Assembly (NCBI GenBank): GCA_046754465.1
Contig: JBHHVU010000047.1
Coordinates: 1 to 24,462 of the forward strand
From: Nitrospinaceae bacterium
GTDB lineage: Bacteria; Nitrospinota; Nitrospinia; Nitrospinales; VA-1
Reading direction: 5' to 3'
Length of the DNA: 24,462 bases
Part shown: positions 1 to 7,240 of the stretch, piece after piece
Position numbering within the stretch: position 1 is the stretch's first letter
How the letters are laid out: each line of letters starts with the position of its first letter
Position numbers and translations under genes: made by a program
Notes under the pieces: model-generated
What the model saw: the letters and a program-made list of their open reading frames with translations, nothing else
What the model was told of the DNA's origin: nothing
The model's database searches: none

Positions 1-932
1 AACCAATGGGACCAGAGGAAATTGTTTATGGGGACAAGGTAATCAATCTCATAAACACTGACCCAAAGCTGTATTGGAATAAACATCGAAGGATATATCC
101 TGAAAAGGAGAATCCCTATATTGCTAACGGTGAAATAGGGATGGTTGTTGGCTTTTTCTGGAAAAAAGGATGGCCTGATCTTCGCTGGAAGCTTGAGGTT
201 GAGTTTTCTTCTCAACCTAAATTTAAATATGATTTTACCAATCGGGACTTTGGAGAAGAAGCTAATCCGGTTTTAGAGTTGGCTTATGCCCTGACGGTAC
301 ATAAAGCTCAAGGAAGTGAATTTGGGACTGTAATATTAGTTTTACCAAACCCTTGCAGACTCCTCTCAAGAGAACTTCTTTATACTGCTCTCACCCGGCA
401 AAAAAATAGAGTGATTATTCTTCACCAAGGTTTGCGTAGCGATCTCCGGAAATATTCATCAGATGATAGATCAGCCACTGCCCAAAGATTGACAAATCTA
501 TTTTCGGCACCATCTCCAATTCTTATAGATGGGCGGTTTTTTGAGGAGAATTTAATTCATAGAACCTCACGCGGTGAGATGGTGCGATCCAAATCTGAGG
601 TGATAATTGCAGATAGACTTTCTGATCTGGGAGTGGATTACATGTATGAGCATCCACTAACAATTGGCAATGTTACAAAATATCCAGATTTTACAATTGA
701 AGATATTGAATCGGGATGTAAGTTCTTCTGGGAGCATTGTGGAATGTTGCATATTCCCAATTACCGTAAACGGTGGGAAGAGAAACTGGAGTGGTACAAA
801 AAAAATGGAATATTGCCTTTTGAAGAGGGCATAGGAGAGAATGGGACGCTAATCGTTTCAAGTGAATCAGACAAAGGTGGAATTTCATCTCAAGAAATCG
901 AAAGATTTATTAACGAAATAATTCTAAAGTAG
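1..932 (+). CDS. RecD-like SF1B helicase, C-terminal part, fused to a PD-(D/E)XK-like nuclease domain (5'-partial)
   Basis: The frame is open to the window edge. It has the SF1B C-terminal motifs GDKVI, IANGEIG, LAYALTVHKAQGSEF and ELLYTALTR, followed by RSKSEVIIA..YEHPL..PDFTI..WEHCGM, which resembles a restriction-endonuclease fold. AT-rich compared with the core genes. Confidence 0.85.
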   Translation, partial: PMGPEEIVYGDKVINLINTDPKLYWNKHRRIYPEKENPYIANGEIGMVVGFFWKKGWPDLRWKLEVEFSSQPKFKYDFTNRDFGEEANPVLELAYALTVHKAQGSEFGTVILVLPNPCRLLSRELLYTALTRQKNRVIILHQGLRSDLRKYSSDDRSATAQRLTNLFSAPSPILIDGRFFEENLIHRTSRGEMVRSKSEVIIADRLSDLGVDYMYEHPLTIGNVTKYPDFTIEDIESGCKFFWEHCGMLHIPNYRKRWEEKLEWYKKNGILPFEEGIGENGTLIVSSESDKGGISSQEIERFINEIILK

Positions 933-965
933 CTAATCTTTCGGGCTTGTTCCAGGACAAGTGTT

Positions 966-997
966 TCTGGTCCGCTCCCGGCCTTGACCTTCATCCC
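966..997. repeat. 32-bp direct repeat, copy 1
   Basis: tctggtccgctcccggccttgaccttcatccc; 30/32 identical to 2071-2102. Confidence 0.9.
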
Positions 998-1224
998 TTC
1001 TTTTTTTTCTTGCCTGCTTCGTCTGGAGCCACCGTCGCCCTCCCAAAACAGGGGCGACGTGATCCCAGAAGCATGGCAAGAGCCTGCTTTGGTGGTGCAT
1101 CGGAGACCCTAAAAATATGGGGTAGGGAAAAGGGTAATCCTTATTTATATCTGGATTCTTGCGTTTTAAATTTATTTTCGACATTGACCTAATCAGGGAT
1201 TATAAATTAGTCTATGTATTTTAT

Positions 1225-1264
1225 AACATATGTTCTTGACAGCATATATTTTTATGGGCATAAT
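1225..1264 (+). promoter_or_regulatory. sigma70 promoter of the TA operon, with an adjacent palindrome (candidate operator)
   Basis: TTGACA (1236-1241), 17-nt spacer, CATAAT (1259-1264). Perfect palindrome aacatatgtt at 1225-1234 lies next to the -35 box. Confidence 0.7.
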
Positions 1265-1269
1265 AGTTT

Positions 1270-1638
1270 ATGAAATGGAAAGTCGAGTTTCACGACCTGT
1301 TTGAACCGGAGTTTGATGCACTTTCCGAGGCTGTTCAGGATGAAATCCTGGCTTTGGGTAAATTGCTCGAAACATTTGGACCTCATTTGGAAAGGCCCCA
1401 TGTTGGTACCTTAAAGGATTCCAGACATGCCAACTTGAAAGAGCTCCGGTTCGAGGCCGACGATGGCGTGTGGCGGGTCGCCTTTGCCTTTGATCCCAAA
1501 CGAAAAGCCATTTTACTGGTGGCAGGGGATAAGTCGGGGAAAAGTGAAAAGGCTTTCTATAAACGATTAATCAAAAAAGCGGACAAGCGGTTTGACGATC
1601 ATCTGAAAGAATTAAAATCGCAGTCCAAAAGGAATTAG
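1270..1638 (+). CDS. Type II toxin, RelE/ParE superfamily (HigB/Gp49-like)
   Basis: 122 aa with GPHLERPHVGTLKDSRHANLKELRF, WRVAFAFDPKRKAILLVAGDKSG and FYKRLIKKADKRFDDHL; lies directly upstream of an XRE gene. Confidence 0.9.
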   Translation: MKWKVEFHDLFEPEFDALSEAVQDEILALGKLLETFGPHLERPHVGTLKDSRHANLKELRFEADDGVWRVAFAFDPKRKAILLVAGDKSGKSEKAFYKRLIKKADKRFDDHLKELKSQSKRN

Positions 1639-1642
1639 AGCC

Positions 1643-2002
1643 ATGGGAAAAAGTCTTGATGAAAAAATCAAAAAGCTGAGCAAAAAGCGTCAGGAAAAAA
1701 TTGCCAAGCGGTTTGAAGAGCTTGAAGCTGAAGAAATGACCATGCGGGACCTCCGCAAGGCCATGGATATGACCCAAAAGTCCGTGGCCAAAAAACTGAA
1801 GATCAATCAGGACAATGTTTCCCGCCTGGAAGCGCGTTCAGACGTGCTTCTCTCAACCCTTCAGGCCTACGTTCATTCTCTTGGCGGCAATTTAACCCTG
1901 CTGGCCGAATTTCCAGACCGGCCGCCGGTATCTTTAACCGGTTTTTCATCGTTGGAACATAAAAAACCTTCCAAATCCAGGTCTCCCGTTTCCACGACTT
2001 AG
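1643..2002 (+). CDS. XRE-family HTH antitoxin (HigA-like)
   Basis: LRKAMDMTQKSVAKKLKINQDNVSRLEARSDVLLSTLQAYVHSLGGNL..AEFPDR; starts 4 nt after the toxin stop. Confidence 0.88.
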   Translation: MGKSLDEKIKKLSKKRQEKIAKRFEELEAEEMTMRDLRKAMDMTQKSVAKKLKINQDNVSRLEARSDVLLSTLQAYVHSLGGNLTLLAEFPDRPPVSLTGFSSLEHKKPSKSRSPVSTT

Positions 2003-2070
2003 TTTGTTTTTAAAAGCTAATTTAGGGAAAAACCAATTTACCTCCCCGGACCGCCACCGGGGCCGGGGTA

Positions 2071-2102
2071 TCTGGTCTGCTCCCGGCCTTGACCTTCGTC
2101 CC
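2071..2102. repeat. 32-bp direct repeat, copy 2
   Basis: tctggtctgctcccggccttgaccttcgtccc; 30/32 identical to 966-997. Confidence 0.9.
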
Positions 2103-2250
2103 GGTCCTTTCCATTTTCTCGCTTTTGTTCTTTTCTTTTAAAGACTCCGGCTTTTTGGCTTGTTCATTAAACGCTTCTTTGACGGGCGGGGTTTTGCCCC
2201 CACCGGGAAGGGGAGCCGAATCAAATTTTAATCCGCGGGGAAAATTTGGA

Positions 2251-2284
2251 CCATGGAGGGAGCTTCATCAAGCCCCCTCCACGG
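2251..2284 (-). terminator. 15-bp hairpin immediately 3' of tRNA-Leu (terminator or processing structure)
   Basis: Minus-strand RNA ccguggagggggcuu-gaug-aagcucccuccaugg pairs fully if two G-U pairs are allowed, which favours this strand. Only a weak U-tract follows. Confidence 0.65.
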
Positions 2285-2288
2285 AGAG

Positions 2289-2375
2289 TGGTGCCGAAGG
2301 ACGGAGTCGAACCGTCACGGGGTCGCCCCCACTGGATTTTGAGTCCAGCGCGTCTACCAGTTCCACCACTTCGGC
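2289..2375 (-). tRNA. tRNA-Leu (anticodon CAA)
   Basis: Reverse complement gccgaagtggtggaactggtagacgcgctggactCAAaatccagtgggggcgaccccgtgacggttcgactccgtccttcggcacca: 7-bp acceptor stem, ctgga/tccag anticodon stem, long variable arm, GGTTCGA T-loop and encoded CCA; 87 nt. Confidence 0.97.
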
Positions 2376-2487
2376 GATTTATTTTTCCATGATTTTAAAA
2401 CGCGCCCCATCGCCAGGAATAGCTTTCCCGTAAGCTTTCCTGAATCCGGCGTTATTCACGAACTCGATGTAAACTGCGTTTGGAAGG

Positions 2488-2496
2488 ATTATAACA
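2488..2496 (-). promoter_or_regulatory. Extended -10 promoter candidate for tRNA-Leu
   Basis: TGTTATAAT (TGn-TATAAT) on the minus strand about 110 nt upstream of the tRNA, preceded by an AT-rich tract. Confidence 0.5.
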
Positions 2497-2598
2497 ATTA
2501 TTTATAAAAAATAAATATTTTTAGAGATCCCATTCACGGAGTTCCAGTATCTCTAATTCGGTTTTTACCGGATCCCTGGCAGGGCAGTTTACCGGCTA

Positions 2599-2627
2599 TT
2601 GACAGGTATTTTCCAACCCGTTAAGAT
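2599..2627 (+). promoter_or_regulatory. sigma70 promoter for pyrF
   Basis: TTGACA, 17-nt spacer, TAAGAT. Confidence 0.65.
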
Positions 2628-2674
2628 GCCGTTGGCTTTACAATCCGATTGAGCAACCCTCCTCTCCATTTTTA

Positions 2675-3427
2675 TTGTTCTTTCCCTTGGCAAACTTACC
2701 GACAGCACATCTTTCTCAAAAAAAAATTCCGCGGGAAGAGCGGCTTATCTTTGCGCTTGATGTTCCGGGCAGCGATAAAGCCAGGGAACTCGTGAATTTA
2801 TTCGGTGACACCATTCAGTTTTATAAACTGGGACTGGAGTTATTCATGGCGGGGGATTATTTCCCCCTGACAGAATGGCTCGAGAAAAGGGGAAAGAAGG
2901 TGTTTGTGGACTTAAAATTTTTTGATATTCCGGAGACCGTCCGGGCCGCGGTCCGGCAGCTCAAGAATCGTCACGCCACCTTCGTGACCGTCCACGGAAA
3001 CGATAATATTTTGCGGGCCGCCGTTGAGGAAAAAAGCGGTCTTAAAATCCTTGCGGTGACGGTTCTCACCAGCCTTGATCAAAATGATATTGAGTCCCTG
3101 GGTTTTAAGTGCGACATCAAGGATCTGGTGTTATCAAGGGCCAAACGCGCATTGGAAATTGGTTGTGACGGGGTCATTTCCTCCGGGTTGGAAGCCCCGG
3201 GTCTCCGGGAACAACTGGGAGATAAATTTTTGATCGTTACCCCCGGCATCCGTCCGGTGATCAACATGGAAGACGATCAGAAACGCGCGGTCTCCGTGGA
3301 GGAAGCCTTCCGTAACGGCGCGGACTATATTGTCATGGGCCGGCCCATACGCGATGCGCCCGATCCGCTTGCCAAGGCCAGGGAAATCCAGGCGCAGATC
3401 GCGTCCGTTTTTCCCGGCGCGCAATAG
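2675..3427 (+). CDS. pyrF: Orotidine-5'-phosphate decarboxylase
   Basis: RLIFALD, YKLG, VFVDLKFFDIPET (DxKxxD catalytic motif), AVTVLTS, VTPGIRP, DDQKR, GADYIVMGRPI. The start could be a few codons later. Confidence 0.97.
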   Translation: MFFPLANLPTAHLSQKKIPREERLIFALDVPGSDKARELVNLFGDTIQFYKLGLELFMAGDYFPLTEWLEKRGKKVFVDLKFFDIPETVRAAVRQLKNRHATFVTVHGNDNILRAAVEEKSGLKILAVTVLTSLDQNDIESLGFKCDIKDLVLSRAKRALEIGCDGVISSGLEAPGLREQLGDKFLIVTPGIRPVINMEDDQKRAVSVEEAFRNGADYIVMGRPIRDAPDPLAKAREIQAQIASVFPGAQ

Positions 3428-3466
3428 GAAGCACCCAAATTCCTTCTTTCATTTAACCCCAACCCG

Positions 3467-5287
3467 TTATTTCCCCGACAAGGATTCCGCCTTCCCGTGT
3501 TGTTCCTGGGCGGCGATGAGCTGCCGAATCTCGCCGGCTTGCAGCTGCTCCGGATCGAGCGTCAGCGCCCGCTTGAAATAAAGGATGCCTTCCCTGGGCC
3601 GATGCAAATGGAAATAATTCAGGATGCCCAGGTTGCGCATGGCCACGGCGTATTGGGGATTGAGTTCCACCGCCTTTTTGAAATAGCGGTCGGCTTCCTC
3701 GTACTTTCCCAGGTTGAGGTAGAGTTCTCCAAGTTTTCCCGGAACCTCCGCGATGCGCGGCTCCACTTCATGGGCATGCTTGAACAGTGGGATGGCCTCC
3801 TCCACCCGCCCCCGTTCCAGATAAAGCACCGCCAGGTTGTAGTTAGCGGCGAAGACATGGGGTCTTTTTTCCAGGGCCTTTTCATAAAATGAGATAGCCT
3901 CGCCCGTGTGCCCGGCCATGCTATGGGCCCGCCCCAGGTTGATCCAGGGCCGCACCAGGCGGGGCGATTTCCTGCTGGCGTCTTCCCACAAGGTGACCTC
4001 GTCCGCCCAAACGAGATTCCTTTTGATCGTCATCGCGGCGAGGGATCCGGTGATATAAACCACGAGACACAAGGCCAGAACCCCGCGCCGGGACTCGCGC
4101 GCCGGGAATTCCCGGATTAAAGCGAACAGTCCATGGGAAAAAAGGAAAAAGAATCCGTACGAGGCCAGGTAAACCCGGTGCTCGGCCGCCAGGTCATGCA
4201 GGGTCACGATCGACGAGGAGGGGGAAAGGACCACGAAAAACCAGGCCAGGAAAAATAAAACCATCCGCCGTTCCCTTCCCCGGCTTGCCAGGAAAAACAG
4301 GCCAAGGATCAGCGCCGAGGCGGACAAAAACCGCCAGGAAAAAAATCGCGTCACGACCTCGATGTCCGGGTCGATGTTCAGGTTGACGGGAAAGAACAGG
4401 AGCTTCAAATAATAGTAAAGCAGAACCGGGGGCTGGCTGAGCATGTAATTTTTCCGGCCCACCATCTCCTCCGGTCTGGAAGGGCCGATCAGGAACGATT
4501 CGTCCGTCAGCAGTTTCCACATCAGGACCGAGAGTCCCAGAACCACCAAGGCGCCGGCCGCCCATTTCCAACGCCGCAAAAAACGTATCGGACCCGGCTC
4601 CCCCTCCCCGCTCCACCCGCAAAGATAATAGAACAGCAACATCGCCGGAAGAGTGGCGATGCTTTGTTTTATGCTGAAACCGATACCCAAGGCCGCGAGG
4701 GTTGCCAGGATGGGAACCCCCACCCGGAGAAATAACGGAGACCGGTTTTTAGCCTCCAAGGCCTGCTGAAAAACATAAAACGCCGAAAGATAAAGTGTCG
4801 CCGCCAAAATTCCCGCGCGGCTCATGACATAAACCACCGATTCCGTCTGGATGGGGTGGCAGAGAAACAACAGCGCCGTAAAAAGGGCAACGCGCCGGTT
4901 TTCCTTTTCCGTCCACAACCTCTCCCCGGCGCCCAGGTCACGGCGAATGTTTTGGGTGATAAAAAAAATCAGGATCGTGTTCAGGATATGGACCGCGAGG
5001 TTGAGGAGGTGAAAGCCCAGGGACTGGAGACCGGATAGCGACGTGTTCCAGGCCAGCGTCATCTGCAGCAACCCTCGGTCAAAATAGCCCCCTTTCAAAA
5101 ATTCCAGGGTCAGTATCCTTTCAGGATGGTCCAGGGAATGTTTGTGGGTGACGTAGGCGACCGTGTCGAACTGAAACGGATTCCACAGATGGTTCGCGTA
5201 GACCAGCAAACCCAGGACGGCGATCAGCAAACAATAGCGCGCCTGGATGCGTGCCGGGACCCACGGGGAAAGGGGTGGGGGGTTCAT
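3467..5287 (-). CDS. TMTC-like (GT-C fold) membrane glycosyltransferase with C-terminal TPRs, paralog 3
   Basis: Multi-TM N-terminal domain with FHLLNLAVH, HPIQTESVVYVMSR, YLKLLFFPVNLNID and AEHRVYL, then RNLVW..E.TLW and TPR repeats. The first-loop motif is FQFDT. Confidence 0.82.
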   Translation of the reverse strand: MNPPPLSPWVPARIQARYCLLIAVLGLLVYANHLWNPFQFDTVAYVTHKHSLDHPERILTLEFLKGGYFDRGLLQMTLAWNTSLSGLQSLGFHLLNLAVHILNTILIFFITQNIRRDLGAGERLWTEKENRRVALFTALLFLCHPIQTESVVYVMSRAGILAATLYLSAFYVFQQALEAKNRSPLFLRVGVPILATLAALGIGFSIKQSIATLPAMLLFYYLCGWSGEGEPGPIRFLRRWKWAAGALVVLGLSVLMWKLLTDESFLIGPSRPEEMVGRKNYMLSQPPVLLYYYLKLLFFPVNLNIDPDIEVVTRFFSWRFLSASALILGLFFLASRGRERRMVLFFLAWFFVVLSPSSSIVTLHDLAAEHRVYLASYGFFFLFSHGLFALIREFPARESRRGVLALCLVVYITGSLAAMTIKRNLVWADEVTLWEDASRKSPRLVRPWINLGRAHSMAGHTGEAISFYEKALEKRPHVFAANYNLAVLYLERGRVEEAIPLFKHAHEVEPRIAEVPGKLGELYLNLGKYEEADRYFKKAVELNPQYAVAMRNLGILNYFHLHRPREGILYFKRALTLDPEQLQAGEIRQLIAAQEQHGKAESLSGK

Positions 5288-7203
5288 GGGCGGTTTCCGT
5301 CCTTGAGAGCCAGGGCGGCCCGGAGCATTTGCCGGGCCTTGACGTTATGGGGTTGCAGGGCGATCAACCGTTTCAGGTGGGGGATGGCCTCTCCGTAACG
5401 GTTCTTGAGCATGTACAAGCTGGCCAGGTTATTATGGATTTCCACCCCGTCTTCCCCCTGGGCGAGGACTTTTTTAAATTGTTTTTCCGCCAGGCCGAAG
5501 TCTTTCAAGTTCCAGAATATGACGCCGATGTTGTTCAACGCCTGAATGTGACCGGGTTTTATCTTCAAGGCCTGCCGATATTCCAGCAAGGCTTCGTCGT
5601 ACCGCCTTATTATCCGGTAAGCGTTGGCCAGTTCGAAATGAAACTCCGCCACATGAGGTTTCATGGCGGCGGCTTTTTCCAGGAACGGGACGGCCTCCGC
5701 CGGCCGATTCAACCGCATCCGGATCTTTCCGGCGTTGTAAAACGCCCCGGCCTTGGCCGAGCCGAGTTCAATGGCCCGGTCGAACGCGTCCCGCGCCTGC
5801 CGCCACCGTTTTTCGTGGGCATCGATGTGACCCACGTTGATATAGGCGTCGCTGTGCCGGGGGTTGAGCCGCAGGGTCCGCTCCAGTTCCCGCCGGGCCG
5901 CTTCATATCGTTTTACGCCCAAATAGGCGGCAGCCAGGTTGTTATGGACGAGCGCCTTTCGCGGGGATTTCCGGGCCGTATCCTCCCACAATATGACTTC
6001 GCCGCGGAAGTCCAAGCCCCGGTTCAGGGTGAGCGCCGATAACAGCAGGATAAAACCATACGCCAAAACCGCCCGGCGCCCGGCAAGTCCCGGGAAACTC
6101 AAAAACACCCTCCCCAGAAAAAGGCTGATCCCCACACCGGGCAGGTAGGCGCGGTGCTCGGTCACGATCTGCTTGAGGGGAACGATGCTGGAGGTGGGAA
6201 GGATTGTCACCAACGCCCAAAGAAACGCGAACTGCATCAGCCGGGATCCCCACAGCCAAATGCCGGTTCCCAAAACAAGCATGATGGCCAAACCGGCCAT
6301 CCAACCCGGGTCCCCGATTCCGCTGACCAACCGCGCGTCCGGTTCCAGGTTCAGGTTCAGGGGCAGGAACAGTTTCAGCAGATAATAAAAGACGATCTCC
6401 TTGACCTGCGTAAGAAAATAAAGTCCGCGGTCCATCAAAAGAGCGGTGGGATCGGTTTTCAGGGTGAGCAGGCTTCCCGTTTTCAGGGCGCGGTAACCGG
6501 CATAGAGGAAAAGCGGAAGCAGAATCGCGCCCAGGGCGGGCGCCAGTTTTCGTGGATTCGCCTCCCCGGACTGAAACCAGAAATATACCGCCGCCATCAC
6601 GGGCAGAGTCACAATGATCCCCTTGGTACCCGTGCCCAGGAGGAAGTACAGGAGGGACAACACGGGATATAAAAATTTCCCGGTTTCCTCTTTGCCCGCG
6701 CTCCGCCCCCGGAGAAACCGGACAAAATAAAAAAACGAAAGAAGATAAAACAGTGTAGCGAGCAGCGAAGACCGGCTGGATAGATAAGACACCGGTTCCA
6801 CCGCCAAGGGATGCAGCAGATAAATCAGGGAGGCGAGAAGGGGAAGGCGTTGCAGCCGGGTCCGGGATTTTGAGGACTCCAGGAACAACAGTTCCGCGGT
6901 CAGAAAGTAAAACACGATCCCGACGCAAACATGAATAAGAATATTGCCAAGGTGAAAACCGAAGACATCCAGTTGTCCTATCGCCCGGTTGACGGCGAAG
7001 GTCAGCAACAAAACCGAGCGGTTGAAAATATTTTCGATGCCCACGGTACTTTGGAATTCCGAGAGGTTGGCGATATACGGGTTGTCCACGATGGCGTTCA
7101 GATCGTCATAGACGAAAGGGGAATGGAGGGTGCCGAAAAAGGCGAGGAGGCCCAGTGCGGCGATCAACGCGGTGGATTTAATCTGCGGGGTCCAAGGTTT
7201 CAT
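5284..7203 (-). CDS. TMTC-like membrane glycosyltransferase with TPRs, paralog 2
   Basis: PFVYDD, FHLGNILIH, HPLAVEPVSYLSSRS, LKLFLPLNLN, TEHRAYL and multiple TPRs. SD GGAGG upstream; the stop overlaps the next start (ATGA at 5284-5287). Confidence 0.85.
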   Translation of the reverse strand: MKPWTPQIKSTALIAALGLLAFFGTLHSPFVYDDLNAIVDNPYIANLSEFQSTVGIENIFNRSVLLLTFAVNRAIGQLDVFGFHLGNILIHVCVGIVFYFLTAELLFLESSKSRTRLQRLPLLASLIYLLHPLAVEPVSYLSSRSSLLATLFYLLSFFYFVRFLRGRSAGKEETGKFLYPVLSLLYFLLGTGTKGIIVTLPVMAAVYFWFQSGEANPRKLAPALGAILLPLFLYAGYRALKTGSLLTLKTDPTALLMDRGLYFLTQVKEIVFYYLLKLFLPLNLNLEPDARLVSGIGDPGWMAGLAIMLVLGTGIWLWGSRLMQFAFLWALVTILPTSSIVPLKQIVTEHRAYLPGVGISLFLGRVFLSFPGLAGRRAVLAYGFILLLSALTLNRGLDFRGEVILWEDTARKSPRKALVHNNLAAAYLGVKRYEAARRELERTLRLNPRHSDAYINVGHIDAHEKRWRQARDAFDRAIELGSAKAGAFYNAGKIRMRLNRPAEAVPFLEKAAAMKPHVAEFHFELANAYRIIRRYDEALLEYRQALKIKPGHIQALNNIGVIFWNLKDFGLAEKQFKKVLAQGEDGVEIHNNLASLYMLKNRYGEAIPHLKRLIALQPHNVKARQMLRAALALKDGNRP

Positions 7204-7240
7204 ACGGTGAATCTTCCTCCGAGGCGGGGGTTGTCCCGGA

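Larger units (their letters stand above)
1..2288. mobile_element. Probable end of a genomic island located at the tRNA-Leu 3' end
   Basis: AT-richer accessory cargo (helicase-nuclease, TA module, repeated gene remnants) lies directly downstream of a tRNA 3' end. No integrase or second att site is visible in the window. Confidence 0.55.

Noticed and set aside
933..1192. Overlapping 83-aa (-) and 81-aa (+) ORFs as intact genes
   Set aside because: No SD or recognisable domain; only the repeat-encoded tail of the minus ORF is informative, so it is treated as a remnant.
2089..2433. 114-aa plus-strand ORF
   Set aside because: Overlaps the tRNA-Leu gene and its hairpin on the opposite strand; no protein-like features.
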